Source: Escherichia coli
GTDB taxonomy: Bacteria; Pseudomonadota; Gammaproteobacteria; Enterobacterales; Enterobacteriaceae
Strand: one strand, 5' to 3'
Assembly (NCBI RefSeq): GCF_016903815.1
Contig: NZ_CP069973.1
Length of the DNA stretch: 64,000 bases
Below the pieces are notes generated by a model. That model worked only from the letters and a program-made list of their open reading frames with translations. It ran no database searches and had not been told where the DNA came from. Positions 34,831 through 47,421 of this stretch are shown piece by piece. How positions within the stretch are numbered: position 1 is the first letter of the stretch; the number at the start of each line of letters is the position of its first letter. A program made the position numbers and the translations under genes.

Positions 34831-35547
34831 TTAATCTTCCAGATCACCGCAGAAGCGATAACCTTCACCGTGAATGGTGGCGATGATTTCCGGCGTATCC
34901 GGCGTAGATTCGAAATGTTTACGAATACGGCGGATCGTCACGTCTACAGTACGGTCGTGCGGTTTCAGCTCACGGCCGGTCATTTTCTTCAGCAGTTCAG
35001 CACGGGACTGAATTTTGCCTGGGTTTTCACAGAAGTGAAGCATGGCGCGGAACTCGCTGCGCGGCAGCTTGTACTGCTCGCCATCAGGGCCGATCAACGA
35101 ACGGCTGTTGATGTCCAGTTCCCAACCATTGAACTTGTAGCTTTCAACGCTACGACGTTCTTCGCTGACAGTACCCAGATTCATGGTACGGGACAGCAGG
35201 TTGCGTGCACGAATAGTCAGTTCACGCGGGTTGAACGGTTTGGTGATGTAGTCATCTGCACCGATTTCGAGGCCGAGAATTTTATCGACTTCGTTGTCAC
35301 GGCCAGTCAGGAACATCAACGCAACATTCGCCTGCTCGCGCAGTTCACGCGCTAACAGAAGACCGTTCTTACCCGGCAGATTGATATCCATGATCACCAG
35401 GTTGATGTCATATTCAGAGAGGATCTGATGCATTTCCGCGCCATCTGTCGCTTCGAAAACATCATAGCCTTCCGCTTCGAAAATACTTTTCAACGTGTTG
35501 CGTGTTACCAACTCGTCTTCAACGATAAGAATGTGCGGGGTCTGCAT
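34831..35547 (-). CDS. arcA: aerobic respiration control response regulator ArcA
   Basis: 238-aa [33 protein letters not shown]... Confidence 0.96.
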
Positions 35548-35642
35548 GTTTGCTACCTAAATTGCCAACTAAATCGAAACAGGAAGTACAAAAGTCCCTG
35601 ACCTGCCTGATGCATGCTGCAAATTAACATGATCGGCGTAAC

Positions 35643-35783
35643 ATGACTAAAGTACGTAATTGCGTTCTTGATGCACTTTCCATCAACGTCAACAACATCA
35701 TTAGCTTGGTCGTGGGTACTTTCCCTCAGGACCCGACAGTGTCAAAAACGGCTGTCATCCTAACCATTTTAACAGCAACATAA
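35643..35783 (+). CDS. yjjY: small ORF YjjY (46 aa), as annotated in K-12
   Basis: ATG 35643, MTKVRNCVLDALSINVNNIISLVVGTFPQDPTVSKTAVILTILTAT; below the ORF-track size cutoff. Confidence 0.35.
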   Translation: MTKVRNCVLDALSINVNNIISLVVGTFPQDPTVSKTAVILTILTAT

Positions 35784-36182
35784 CAGGCTAAGAGGAGCCG
35801 GACACCCAATAAAACTACGCTTCGTTGACATATATCAAGTTCAATTGTAGCACGTTAACAGTTTGATGAAATCATCGTATCTAAATGCTAGCTTTCGTCA
35901 CATTATTTTAATAATCCAACTAGTTGCATCATACAACTAATAAACGTGGTGAATCCAATTGTCGAGATTTATTTTTTATAAAATTATCCTAAGTAAACAG
36001 AAGGATATGTAGCATTTTTTAACAATTCAACCGTTAGTACAGTCAGGAAATAGTTTAGCTTTTTTTAAGCTAAGTAAAGGGCTTTTTCTGCGACTTACGT
36101 TAAGAATTTGTAAATTCGCACCGCGTAATAAGTTGACAGTGGTCACCCGGTTCGCGGTTATTTGAGCAAGAAGAGTGGCAAT

Positions 36183-36869
36183 ATGCGTATAACGATTATT
36201 CTGGTCGCACCCGCCAGAGCAGAAAATATTGGGGCAGCTGCGCGGGCAATGAAAACGATGGGGTTTAGCGAGCTGCGGATTGTCGATAGTCAGGCACACC
36301 TGGAGCCAGCCACCCGCTGGGTCGCACATGGATCTGGTGATATTATTGATAATATTAAAGTTTTCCCGACACTGGCTGAATCGTTACACGATGTCGATTT
36401 CACTGTTGCCACCACTGCGCGCAGTCGGGCGAAATATCATTACTACGCTACGCCAGTAGAACTGGTGCCGCTGTTAGAGGAAAAATCTTCATGGATGAGC
36501 CATGCCGCGCTGGTGTTTGGTCGCGAAGATTCCGGGCTGACTAACGAAGAGTTAGCGTTGGCTGACGTTCTTACTGGTGTGCCGATGGTGGCGGATTATC
36601 CTTCGCTCAATCTGGGGCAGGCAGTGATGGTCTATTGCTATCAATTAGCAACATTAATACAACAACCGACGAAAAGTGACACAACGGCAGACCAACATCA
36701 ACTGCAAGCTTTACGCGAACGAGTCATGGCATTGCTGACGACTCTGGCAGTGGCAGATGACATAAAACTGGTCGACTGGTTACAGCAACGCCTGGGGCTT
36801 TTAGAGCAACGAGACACGGCAATGTTGCACCGTTTGCTGCATGATATTGAAAAAAATATCACCAAATAA
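36183..36869 (+). CDS. yjtD: SpoU/TrmH-family RNA methyltransferase YjtD
   Basis: 228 aa from ATG 36183 (MRITIILVAPARAENIGAAARAMKTMGF...). Confidence 0.88.
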   Translation: MRITIILVAPARAENIGAAARAMKTMGFSELRIVDSQAHLEPATRWVAHGSGDIIDNIKVFPTLAESLHDVDFTVATTARSRAKYHYYATPVELVPLLEEKSSWMSHAALVFGREDSGLTNEELALADVLTGVPMVADYPSLNLGQAVMVYCYQLATLIQQPTKSDTTADQHQLQALRERVMALLTTLAVADDIKLVDWLQQRLGLLEQRDTAMLHRLLHDIEKNITK

Positions 36870-37079
36870 AAAACGCCTTAGTAAGTATTTTTCAGCTTTT
36901 CATTCTGACTGCAACGGGCAATATGTCTCTGTGTGGATTAAAAAAAGAGTGTCTGATAGCAGCTTCTGAACTGGTTACCTGCCGTGAGTAAATTAAAATT
37001 TTATTGACTTAGGTCACTAAATACTTTAACCAATATAGGCATAGCGCACAGACAGATAAAAATTACAGAGTACACAACA

Positions 37080-37148
<69 letters not shown>

Positions 37149-37166
37149 CGCGTACAGGAAACACAG

Positions 37167-37203
37167 AAAAAAGCCCGCACCTGACAGTGCGGGCTTTTTT
37201 TTC
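37167..37203 (+). terminator. thr attenuator terminator
   Basis: AAAAGCCCGCACCTGACAGTGCGGGCTTTTTTTT. Confidence 0.85.
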
Positions 37204-37228
37204 GACCAAAGGTAACGAGGTAACAACC

Positions 37229-39691
37229 ATGCGAGTGTTGAAGTTCGGCGGTACATCAGTGGCAAATGCAGAACGTTTTCTGCGTGTTGCCGATATTCTG
37301 GAAAGCAATGCCAGGCAGGGGCAGGTGGCCACCGTCCTCTCTGCCCCCGCCAAAATCACCAACCACCTGGTGGCGATGATTGAAAAAACCATTAGCGGCC
37401 AGGATGCTTTACCCAATATCAGCGATGCCGAACGTATTTTTGCCGAACTTTTGACGGGACTCGCCGCCGCCCAGCCGGGGTTCCCGCTGGCGCAATTGAA
37501 AACTTTCGTCGATCAGGAATTTGCCCAAATAAAACATGTCCTGCATGGCATTAGTTTGTTGGGGCAGTGCCCGGATAGCATCAACGCTGCGCTGATTTGC
37601 CGTGGCGAGAAAATGTCGATCGCCATTATGGCCGGCGTGTTAGAAGCGCGTGGTCACAACGTTACCGTTATCGATCCGGTCGAAAAACTACTGGCAGTGG
37701 GGCATTACCTCGAATCTACCGTCGATATTGCTGAGTCCACCCGCCGTATTGCGGCAAGTCGTATTCCGGCTGATCACATGGTGCTGATGGCAGGCTTCAC
37801 CGCCGGTAATGAAAAAGGCGAACTGGTGGTACTTGGACGCAACGGTTCCGACTACTCCGCGGCGGTGCTGGCTGCCTGTTTACGCGCCGATTGTTGCGAG
37901 ATTTGGACGGACGTTGACGGGGTCTATACCTGCGACCCGCGTCAGGTGCCCGATGCGAGGTTGTTGAAGTCGATGTCCTACCAGGAAGCGATGGAGCTTT
38001 CCTACTTCGGCGCTAAAGTTCTTCACCCCCGCACCATTACCCCCATCGCCCAGTTCCAGATCCCTTGCCTGATTAAAAATACCGGAAATCCTCAAGCACC
38101 AGGTACGCTCATTGGTGCCAGCCGTGATGAAGACGAATTACCGGTCAAGGGTATTTCCAATCTGAATAACATGGCAATGTTCAGCGTTTCTGGTCCAGGG
38201 ATGAAAGGAATGGTCGGCATGGCGGCGCGCGTCTTTGCAGCGATGTCACGCGCCCGTATTTCCGTGGTGCTGATTACGCAATCATCTTCCGAATACAGTA
38301 TCAGTTTCTGCGTTCCACAAAGCGACTGTGTGCGAGCTGAACGGGCAATGCAGGAAGAGTTCTACCTGGAACTGAAAGAAGGCTTACTGGAGCCGCTGGC
38401 GGTGACGGAACGGCTGGCCATTATCTCGGTGGTAGGTGATGGTATGCGCACCTTGCGTGGGATCTCGGCGAAATTCTTTGCCGCGCTGGCCCGCGCCAAT
38501 ATCAACATTGTCGCCATTGCTCAGGGATCTTCTGAACGCTCAATCTCTGTCGTGGTAAATAACGATGATGCGACCACTGGCGTGCGCGTTACTCATCAGA
38601 TGCTGTTCAATACCGATCAGGTTATCGAAGTGTTTGTGATTGGCGTCGGTGGCGTTGGCGGTGCGCTGCTGGAGCAACTGAAGCGTCAGCAAAGCTGGCT
38701 GAAGAATAAACATATCGACTTACGTGTCTGTGGTGTTGCCAACTCGAAGGCTCTGCTCACCAATGTACATGGCCTTAATCTGGAAAACTGGCAGGAAGAA
38801 CTGGCGCAAGCCAAAGAGCCGTTTAATCTCGGGCGCTTAATTCGCCTCGTGAAAGAATATCATCTGTTGAACCCGGTCATTGTTGACTGCACCTCCAGCC
38901 AGGCAGTGGCGGATCAATATGCCGACTTCCTGCGCGAAGGTTTCCACGTTGTTACGCCGAACAAAAAGGCTAACACCTCGTCGATGGATTACTACCATCT
39001 GTTGCGTCATGCGGCGGAAAAATCGCGGCGTAAATTCCTCTATGACACCAACGTTGGGGCTGGATTACCGGTTATTGAGAACCTGCAAAATCTGCTCAAT
39101 GCAGGTGATGAATTGATGAAGTTCTCCGGCATTCTTTCTGGTTCGCTTTCTTATATCTTCGGCAAGTTAGACGAAGGCATGAGTTTCTCCGAGGCGACCA
39201 CGCTGGCGCGGGAAATGGGTTATACCGAACCGGACCCGCGAGATGATCTTTCTGGTATGGATGTGGCGCGTAAACTATTGATTCTCGCTCGTGAAACGGG
39301 ACGTGAACTGGAGCTGGCGGATATTGAAATTGAACCTGTGCTGCCCGCAGAGTTTAACGCCGAGGGTGATGTTGCCGCTTTTATGGCGAATCTGTCACAG
39401 CTCGACGATCTCTTTGCCGCGCGCGTGGCGAAGGCCCGTGATGAAGGAAAAGTTTTGCGCTATGTTGGCAATATTGATGAAGATGGCGTCTGCCGCGTGA
39501 AGATTGCCGAAGTGGATGGTAATGATCCGCTGTTCAAAGTGAAAAATGGCGAAAACGCCCTGGCCTTCTATAGCCACTATTATCAGCCGCTGCCGTTGGT
39601 GCTGCGCGGATATGGTGCGGGCAATGACGTTACAGCTGCCGGTGTTTTTGCCGATCTGCTACGTACCCTCTCATGGAAGTTAGGAGTCTGA
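37229..39691 (+). CDS. thrA: bifunctional aspartokinase I / homoserine dehydrogenase I
   Basis: 820 aa from ATG 37229 ([20 protein letters not shown]...). Confidence 0.96.
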
Positions 39692-39692
39692 C

Positions 39693-40625
39693 ATGGTTAA
39701 AGTTTATGCCCCGGCTTCCAGTGCCAATATGAGCGTCGGGTTCGATGTGCTCGGGGCGGCGGTGACACCCGTTGATGGTGCATTGCTCGGAGATGTAGTC
39801 ACGGTTGAGGCGGCAGAGACATTCAGTCTCAATAACCTCGGACGCTTTGCCGATAAGCTGCCGTCAGAACCTCGGGAAAATATCGTTTATCAGTGTTGGG
39901 AGCGTTTTTGCCAGGAGCTGGGTAAGCAAATTCCAGTGGCGATGACCCTGGAAAAGAATATGCCGATCGGCTCGGGCTTAGGCTCCAGCGCCTGCTCAGT
40001 GGTCGCGGCGCTGATGGCGATGAATGAACACTGCGGCAAGCCGCTTAATGACACCCGTTTGCTGGCTTTGATGGGCGAGCTGGAAGGGCGTATCTCCGGC
40101 AGCATTCATTACGACAACGTGGCACCGTGTTTTCTCGGTGGTATGCAGTTGATGATCGAAGAAAACGACATCATCAGCCAGCAAGTGCCAGGGTTTGATG
40201 AGTGGCTGTGGGTGCTGGCGTATCCGGGGATTAAAGTCTCGACGGCAGAAGCCAGGGCTATTTTACCGGCGCAGTATCGCCGCCAGGATTGCATTGCGCA
40301 CGGGCGACATCTGGCAGGCTTTATTCACGCCTGCTATTCCCGTCAGCCTGAGCTTGCCGCGAAGCTGATGAAAGATGTTATCGCTGAACCCTACCGTGAA
40401 CGGTTACTGCCAGGCTTCCGGCAGGCGCGGCAGGCGGTCGCGGAAATCGGCGCGGTAGCGAGCGGTATCTCCGGCTCCGGCCCGACTTTGTTCGCTCTGT
40501 GTGACAAGCCGGATACCGCCCAGCGCGTTGCCGACTGGTTGGGTAAGAACTACCTGCAAAATCAGGAAGGTTTTGTTCATATTTGCCGGCTGGATACGGC
40601 GGGCGCACGAGTACTGGAAAACTAA
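39693..40625 (+). CDS. thrB: homoserine kinase
   Basis: 310-aa [24 protein letters not shown]... Confidence 0.96.
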
Positions 40626-41912
40626 ATGAAACTCTACAATCTGAAAGATCACAATGAGCAGGTCAGCTTTGCGCAAGCCGTAACCCAGGGGTTGGGCAAA
40701 AATCAGGGGCTGTTTTTCCCGCACGACCTGCCGGAATTCAGCCTGACTGAAATTGATGAGATGCTGAAGCTGGATTTTGTCACCCGCAGTGCGAAGATCC
40801 TCTCGGCGTTTATTGGTGATGAAATCCCGCAGGAAATCCTGGAAGAGCGCGTACGCGCGGCGTTTGTCTTCCCGGCTCCGGTCGCCAATGTTGAAAGCGA
40901 TGTCGGTTGTCTGGAATTGTTCCACGGGCCAACGCTGGCATTTAAAGATTTCGGCGGTCGCTTTATGGCACAAATGCTGACCCATATTGCGGGCGATAAG
41001 CCAGTGACCATTCTGACCGCGACCTCCGGTGATACCGGAGCGGCAGTGGCTCATGCTTTCTACGGTTTGCCGAATGTGAAAGTGGTTATCCTCTATCCAC
41101 GAGGCAAAATCAGTCCACTGCAAGAAAAACTGTTCTGTACATTGGGCGGCAATATTGAAACTGTTGCCATCGACGGCGATTTCGATGCCTGTCAGGCGCT
41201 GGTGAAGCAGGCGTTTGATGATGAAGAGCTGAAAGTGGCGCTGGGGTTAAACTCGGCTAACTCGATTAACATCAGCCGTTTGCTGGCGCAGATTTGCTAC
41301 TACTTTGAAGCTATTGCGCAGCTGCCGCAGGAAGCGCGCAACCAGCTGGTTGTCTCGGTGCCAAGCGGAAACTTCGGCGATTTGACGGCGGGTCTGCTGG
41401 CGAAGTCACTCGGTCTGCCGGTGAAACGTTTTATTGCTGCGACCAACGTGAACGATACCGTGCCACGTTTCCTGCACGACGGTCAGTGGTCCCCCAAAGC
41501 GACTCAGGCGACGTTATCCAACGCGATGGACGTGAGTCAGCCGAACAACTGGCCGCGTGTGGAAGAGTTGTTCCGCCGCAAAATCTGGCAACTGAAAGAG
41601 CTGGGTTATGCAGCCGTGGATGATGAAACCACGCAACAGACAATGCGTGAGTTAAAAGAACTGGGCTACACCTCGGAGCCGCACGCTGCCGTAGCTTATC
41701 GTGCGCTGCGTGACCAGTTGAATCCAGGCGAATATGGCTTGTTCCTCGGCACCGCGCATCCGGCGAAATTTAAAGAGAGCGTGGAAGCGATTCTCGGTGA
41801 AACGTTGGATCTGCCAAAAGAGCTGGCAGAACGTGCTGATTTACCCTTGCTTTCGCATAATCTGCCCGCCGATTTTGCTGCGTTGCGTAAATTGATGATG
41901 AATCATCAGTAA
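40626..41912 (+). CDS. thrC: threonine synthase
   Basis: 428-aa ORF, MKLYNLKDHNEQVSFAQAVTQGL... Confidence 0.96.
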   Translation: MKLYNLKDHNEQVSFAQAVTQGLGKNQGLFFPHDLPEFSLTEIDEMLKLDFVTRSAKILSAFIGDEIPQEILEERVRAAFVFPAPVANVESDVGCLELFHGPTLAFKDFGGRFMAQMLTHIAGDKPVTILTATSGDTGAAVAHAFYGLPNVKVVILYPRGKISPLQEKLFCTLGGNIETVAIDGDFDACQALVKQAFDDEELKVALGLNSANSINISRLLAQICYYFEAIAQLPQEARNQLVVSVPSGNFGDLTAGLLAKSLGLPVKRFIAATNVNDTVPRFLHDGQWSPKATQATLSNAMDVSQPNNWPRVEELFRRKIWQLKELGYAAVDDETTQQTMRELKELGYTSEPHAAVAYRALRDQLNPGEYGLFLGTAHPAKFKESVEAILGETLDLPKELAERADLPLLSHNLPADFAALRKLMMNHQ

Positions 41913-41935
41913 TATCTATTCATTATCTCAATCAG

Positions 41936-41968
41936 GCCGGGTTTGCTTTTATGCAGCCCGGCTTTTTT
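41936..41968 (+). terminator. rho-independent terminator of the thr operon
   Basis: GCCGGG...CCCGGC stem followed by TTTTTTG. Confidence 0.75.
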
Positions 41969-42125
41969 GTGAAGAAAATATGGAGAGAAACGACAGGGAA
42001 AAAGGAGAAATTCTCAATAAATGCGGTAACTTAGAGATTAGGATTGCGGAGAATAACAACCGCCGTTCTCATCGCGTAATCTCCGGATATCGACCCATAA
42101 CGGGCAATGATAAAAGGAGTAACCT

Positions 42126-42422
42126 GTGAAAAAGATGCAATCTATCGTACTCGCACTTTCCCTGGTTCTGGTCGCTCCCATGGCAGCGCAGGCTGCGGAA
42201 ATTACGTTAGTCCCGTCAGTAAAATTACAGATAGGCGATCGTGATAATCGTGGCTATTACTGGGATGGCGGTCACTGGCGCGACCACGGCTGGTGGAAAC
42301 AACATTATGAATGGCGAGGCAATCGCTGGCACCCATATGGACCGCCGCCATCGCCGCGCCATGACAAGCACAATGATCATCGTGGCGATCATCGTCCGGG
42401 GCCTGACAAACATCATCGCTAA
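42126..42422 (+). CDS. yaaX: secreted DUF2502 protein (His/Arg/Trp-rich)
   Basis: 98-aa ORF with signal peptide [23 protein letters not shown]. Confidence 0.8.
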   Translation: MKKMQSIVLALSLVLVAPMAAQAAEITLVPSVKLQIGDRDNRGYYWDGGHWRDHGWWKQHYEWRGNRWHPYGPPPSPRHDKHNDHRGDHRPGPDKHHR

Positions 42423-42461
42423 ATATCAATGCCGGATTGCCATCCGGCATTGGCTACAAAC

Positions 42462-43238
42462 TTAACGCTGCTCGTAGCGTTTAAACACCAGTTCGCCATT
42501 GCTGGAGGAAGCTTCATCAAAGAAGTAACCTTCGCTATTAAAACCAGTCAGTTGCTCTGGTTTGGTCAGCCGATTTTCAATAATAAAACGACTCATCAGA
42601 CCGCGTGCTTTCTTAGCGTAGAAGCTGATTATCTTAAATTTGCCGTTCTTCTCATCGAGGAACACCGGCTTGATAATCTCGGCATTCAATTTCTTCGGCT
42701 TCACCGATTTAAAATACTCATCTGACGCCAGATTAATCACCACATTATCGCCTTGTGCTGCGAGCGCCTCGTTCAGCTTGTTGGTGATGATATCTCCCCA
42801 GAATTGATACAGATCTTTCCCTCGGGCATTCTCAAGACGGATCCCCATTTCCAGACGATAAGGCTGCATTAAATCGAGCGGGCGGAGTACGCCATACAAG
42901 CCGGAAAGCATTCGCAAATGCTGTTGGGCAAAATCGAAATCGTCTTCGCTGAAGGTTTCGGCCTGCAAGCCGGTGTAGACATCACCTTTGAATGCCAGAA
43001 TCGCCTGGCGGGCATTCTTCGGCGTGAAATCTGGCTGCCAGTCATGAAAGCGAGCGGCGTTGATACCCGCCAGTTTGTCGCTGATGCGCATCAGCGTGCT
43101 AATCTGCGGAGGCGTCAGTTTCCGCGCTTCATGGATCAACTGCTGGGAATTGTCTAACAGCTCCGGCAGCGTATAGCGCGTGGTGGGCAACGGGCTTTGG
43201 TAATCGAGCGTTTTCGCAGGTGAAATAAGAATCAGCAT
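42462..43238 (-). CDS. yaaA: peroxide stress resistance protein YaaA (UPF0246)
   Basis: 258-aa [20 protein letters not shown]... Confidence 0.92.
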   Translation of the reverse strand: MLILISPAKTLDYQSPLPTTRYTLPELLDNSQQLIHEARKLTPPQISTLMRISDKLAGINAARFHDWQPDFTPKNARQAILAFKGDVYTGLQAETFSEDDFDFAQQHLRMLSGLYGVLRPLDLMQPYRLEMGIRLENARGKDLYQFWGDIITNKLNEALAAQGDNVVINLASDEYFKSVKPKKLNAEIIKPVFLDEKNGKFKIISFYAKKARGLMSRFIIENRLTKPEQLTGFNSEGYFFDEASSSNGELVFKRYEQR

Positions 43239-43307
43239 ATCCAGTCCTTGCAGGAAATTTATGCCGACTTTAGCAAAAAAAGAGAATGAGTTGATCGATA
43301 GTTGTGA

Positions 43308-44738
43308 TTACTCCTGCGAAACATCATCCCACGCGTCCGGAGAAAGCTGGCGACCGATATCCGGATAACGCAATGGATCAAACACCGGGCGCACGCCGAG
43401 TTTACGCTGGCGTAGATAATCACTGGCAATGGTATGAACCACAGGCGAGAGCAGTAAAATGGCGGTCAAATTGGTAATAGCCATGCAGGCCATTATGATA
43501 TCTGCCAGTTGCCACATCAGCGGAAGACTTAGCAAGGTGCCGCCGATGACCGTTGCGAAGGTGCAGATCCGCAGACACCAGATCGCTTTAGGGTTGTTCA
43601 GGCGTAAGAAGAAGAGATTGTTTTCGGCATAAATGTAGTTGGCAACGATGGAGCTGAAGGCAAACAGAATAACCACGAGGGTAACAAACTCCGCACCCCA
43701 GGAACCCATTAACACCCGCATCGCCTTCTGGATAAGCTGAATACCTTCCAGTGGCATGTAGGTTGTGCCGTTACCCGCCAGTAATATCAGCATGGCGCTT
43801 GCCGTACAGATGACCAGGGTGTCGATAAAAATGCCAATCATCTGGACAATTCCTTGCGCTGCGGGATGCGGAGGCCAGGACGCAGCCGCCGCTGCCGCGT
43901 TTGGCGTCGACCCCATTCCCGCCTCATTGGAAAACATACTGCGCTGAAAACCGTTAGTAATCGCCTGGCTTAAGGTATATCCCGCCGCGCCGCCTGCCGC
44001 TTCCTGCCAGCCAAAAGCACTCTCAAAAATAGACCAAATGACGTGGGGAAGTTGCCCGATATTCATTACGCAAATCACCAGGCTGGTCAGTACCCAGATT
44101 ATCGCCATCAACGGGACAAACCCCTGCATGAGCTGGGCGACGCCATGAAGACCGCGAGTGATTGCCAGCAGAGCAAAGACAGCGAGAATAATGCCTGTCA
44201 CCAGCGGAGGAAAATCAAAAGAAAAACTCAGGGCTCGGGCAACGGCGTTCGCCTGAACTCCGCTGAAAATTATGCCGTAGGCGATGAGCAAAAAGAGGGC
44301 GAACAGAACGCCCATCCAACGCATCCCCAGCCCGCGCGCCATATACCATGCCGGTCCGCCACGAAACTGCCCATTGACGTCACGTTCTTTATAAAGTTGT
44401 GCAAGGGAACATTCGGCAAACGAGGTCGCCATGCCGATAAACGCGGCAACCCACATCCAGAAGACGGCTCCAGGTCCACCGGCGGTAATAGCCAGCGCAA
44501 CGCCAGCCAGGTTGCCGCTACCCACGCGCGCCGCAAGACTGGTACACAATGACTGAAATGAGGTTAAACCGCCTGGCTGTGGATGAATGCTATTTTTAAG
44601 ACTTTTGCCAAACTGGCGGATGTAGCGAAACTGCACAAATCCGGTACGAAAAGTGAACCAACAACCTGCGCCGAAGAGCAGGTAAATCATTACCGATCCC
44701 CAAAGGACGCTGTTAATAAAGGAGAAAAAATCTGGCAT
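43308..44738 (-). CDS. yaaJ: alanine/glycine:cation symporter family transporter
   Basis: 476-aa polytopic membrane ORF. Confidence 0.9.
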   Translation of the reverse strand: MPDFFSFINSVLWGSVMIYLLFGAGCWFTFRTGFVQFRYIRQFGKSLKNSIHPQPGGLTSFQSLCTSLAARVGSGNLAGVALAITAGGPGAVFWMWVAAFIGMATSFAECSLAQLYKERDVNGQFRGGPAWYMARGLGMRWMGVLFALFLLIAYGIIFSGVQANAVARALSFSFDFPPLVTGIILAVFALLAITRGLHGVAQLMQGFVPLMAIIWVLTSLVICVMNIGQLPHVIWSIFESAFGWQEAAGGAAGYTLSQAITNGFQRSMFSNEAGMGSTPNAAAAAASWPPHPAAQGIVQMIGIFIDTLVICTASAMLILLAGNGTTYMPLEGIQLIQKAMRVLMGSWGAEFVTLVVILFAFSSIVANYIYAENNLFFLRLNNPKAIWCLRICTFATVIGGTLLSLPLMWQLADIIMACMAITNLTAILLLSPVVHTIASDYLRQRKLGVRPVFDPLRYPDIGRQLSPDAWDDVSQE

Positions 44739-45016
44739 GCATATCCCTCTTATTGCCGGTCGCGATGACTTTCCTGTGTAAACGTTACCAATTGTTTAAG
44801 AAGTATATACGCTACGAGGTACTTGATAACTTCTGCGTAGCATACATGAGGTTTTGTATAAAAATGGCGGGCGATATCAACGCAGTGTCAGAAATCCGAA
44901 ACAGTCTCGCCTGGCGATAACCGTCTTGTCGGCGGTTGCGCTGACGTTGCGTCGTGATATCATCAGGGCAGACCGGTTACATCCCCCTAACAAGCTGTTT
45001 AAAGAGAAATACTATC

Positions 45017-45970
45017 ATGACGGACAAATTGACCTCCCTTCGTCAGTACACCACCGTAGTGGCCGACACTGGGGACATCGCGGCAATGAAGCTGTATCAA
45101 CCGCAGGATGCCACAACCAACCCTTCTCTCATTCTTAACGCAGCGCAGATTCCGGAATACCGTAAGTTGATTGATGATGCTGTCGCCTGGGCGAAACAGC
45201 AGAGCAACGATCGCGCGCAGCAGATCGTGGACGCGACCGACAAACTGGCAGTAAATATTGGTCTGGAAATCCTGAAACTGGTTCCGGGCCGTATCTCAAC
45301 TGAAGTTGATGCGCGTCTTTCCTATGACACCGAAGCGTCAATTGCGAAAGCAAAACGCCTGATCAAACTCTACAACGATGCAGGTATTAGCAACGATCGT
45401 ATTCTGATCAAACTGGCTTCTACCTGGCAGGGTATCCGTGCTGCAGAACAGCTGGAAAAAGAAGGCATCAACTGTAACCTGACCCTGCTGTTCTCCTTCG
45501 CTCAGGCTCGTGCTTGTGCGGAAGCAGGCGTGTTCCTGATCTCGCCATTTGTTGGCCGTATTCTTGACTGGTACAAAGCGAATACTGATAAGAAAGAGTA
45601 CGCTCCGGCAGAAGATCCGGGCGTGGTTTCTGTATCTGAAATCTACCAGTACTACAAAGAGCACGGTTATGAAACCGTGGTGATGGGCGCAAGCTTCCGT
45701 AACATCGGCGAAATTCTGGAACTGGCAGGCTGCGACCGTCTGACCATCGCACCGGCGCTGCTGAAAGAGCTGGCTGAGAGCGAAGGGGCTATCGAACGTA
45801 AACTGTCTTACACCGGCGAAGTGAAAGCGCGTCCGGCGCGTATCACTGAGTCCGAGTTCCTGTGGCAGCATAACCAGGATCCAATGGCAGTAGATAAACT
45901 GGCGGAAGGTATCCGTAAGTTTGCTGTTGACCAGGAAAAACTGGAAAAAATGATCGGCGATCTGCTGTAA
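45017..45970 (+). CDS. talB: transaldolase B
   Basis: 317 aa from ATG 45017 ([38 protein letters not shown]...). Confidence 0.96.
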
Positions 45971-46084
45971 TCATTCTTAGCGTGACCGGGAAGTCGGTCA
46001 CGCTACCTCTTCTGAAGCCTGTCTGTCACTCCCTTCGCAGTGTATCATTCTGTTTAACGAGACTGTTTAAACGGAAAAATCTTG

Positions 46085-46672
46085 ATGAATACTTTACGTA
46101 TTGGCTTAGTTTCCATCTCTGATCGCGCATCCAGCGGCGTTTATCAGGATAAAGGCATCCCTGCGCTGGAAGAATGGCTGACATCGGCGCTAACCACGCC
46201 GTTTGAACTGGAAACTCGCTTAATCCCCGACGAGCAGGCGATCATCGAGCAAACGTTGTGTGAGCTGGTGGATGAAATGAGTTGCCATCTGGTGCTCACC
46301 ACGGGCGGAACTGGCCCGGCGCGTCGTGACGTAACGCCCGATGCGACGCTGGCAGTAGCGGACCGCGAGATGCCAGGCTTTGGTGAACAGATGCGCCAGA
46401 TCAGCCTGCATTTTGTACCAACTGCGATCCTTTCGCGTCAGGTGGGTGTGATTCGCAAACAGGCGCTGATCCTTAACTTACCCGGTCAGCCGAAGTCTAT
46501 TAAAGAGACGCTGGAAGGTGTAAAGGACGCTGAGGGTAATGTTGTGGTGCACGGTATTTTTGCCAGCGTACCGTACTGCATTCAGTTGCTGGAAGGGCCA
46601 TACGTTGAAACGGCACCGGAAGTGGTTGCTGCATTCAGACCGAAGAGTGCAAGACGCGAAGTTAGCGAATAA
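46085..46672 (+). CDS. mog: molybdopterin adenylyltransferase
   Basis: 195 aa from ATG 46085 (MNTLRIGLVSISDRASSGVY...). Confidence 0.94.
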   Translation: MNTLRIGLVSISDRASSGVYQDKGIPALEEWLTSALTTPFELETRLIPDEQAIIEQTLCELVDEMSCHLVLTTGGTGPARRDVTPDATLAVADREMPGFGEQMRQISLHFVPTAILSRQVGVIRKQALILNLPGQPKSIKETLEGVKDAEGNVVVHGIFASVPYCIQLLEGPYVETAPEVVAAFRPKSARREVSE

Positions 46673-46700
46673 AAAAATCCCCCCGAGCGGGGGGATCTCA
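46673..46700. terminator. bidirectional terminator between convergent mog and satP
   Basis: AAAAAAATCCCCCCGAGCGGGGGGATCTCAAAA. Confidence 0.75.
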
Positions 46701-46706
46701 AAACAA

Positions 46707-47273
46707 TTAGTGCGATTCACCAATCGGCAGAACGGTGCGACCAAACTGCTCGTTCAGCACTTCACCCATCGCCAGATAGATTGCGCTGGCACCGCAGATC
46801 AGACCAATCCAGCCGGCAAAGTGGATGATCGCGGCGTTACCGGCAATGTTACCGATCGCCAGCAGGGCAAACAGCACGGTCAGGCTAAAGAAAACGAATT
46901 GCAGAACGCGTGCGCCTTTCAGCGTGCCGAAGAACATAAACAGCGTAAATACGCCCCACAGACCCAGGTAGACACCAAGGAACTGTGCATTTGGCGCATC
47001 GGTCAGACCCAGTTTCGGCATCAGCAGAATCGCAACCAGCGTCAGCCAGAAAGAACCGTAAGAGGTGAATGCGGTTAAACCGAAAGTGTTGCCTTTTTTG
47101 TACTCCAGCAGACCAGCAAAAATTTGCGCGATGCCGCCGTAGAAAATGCCCATGGCAAGAATAATACCGTCCAGAGCGAAATAACCCACGTTGTGCAGGT
47201 TAAGCAGAATGGTGGTCATGCCGAAGCCCATCAGGCCCAGCGGTGCCGGATTAGCCAACTTAGTGTTGCCCAT
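46707..47273 (-). CDS. satP: succinate-acetate/proton symporter
   Basis: 188-aa ORF; C-terminal half matches remembered SatP/YaaH (NAQFLGVYLGLWGVFTLFMFFGTLK...). Confidence 0.92.
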   Translation of the reverse strand: MGNTKLANPAPLGLMGFGMTTILLNLHNVGYFALDGIILAMGIFYGGIAQIFAGLLEYKKGNTFGLTAFTSYGSFWLTLVAILLMPKLGLTDAPNAQFLGVYLGLWGVFTLFMFFGTLKGARVLQFVFFSLTVLFALLAIGNIAGNAAIIHFAGWIGLICGASAIYLAMGEVLNEQFGRTVLPIGESH

Positions 47274-47421
47274 AATTCCTCAAAAATCATCATCGAATGA
47301 ATGGTGAAATAATTTCCCTGAATAACTGTAGTGTTTTCAGGGCGCGGCATAATAATCAGCCAGTGGGGCAGTGTCTACGATCTTTTGAGGGGAAAATGAA
47401 AATTTTCCCCGGTTTCCGGTA

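Noticed and set aside
42126-42422. His/Arg/Trp-rich low-complexity sequence (yaaX)
   Set aside because: Conserved small secreted protein with a signal peptide, kept as a CDS and not treated as a repeat or novel element.
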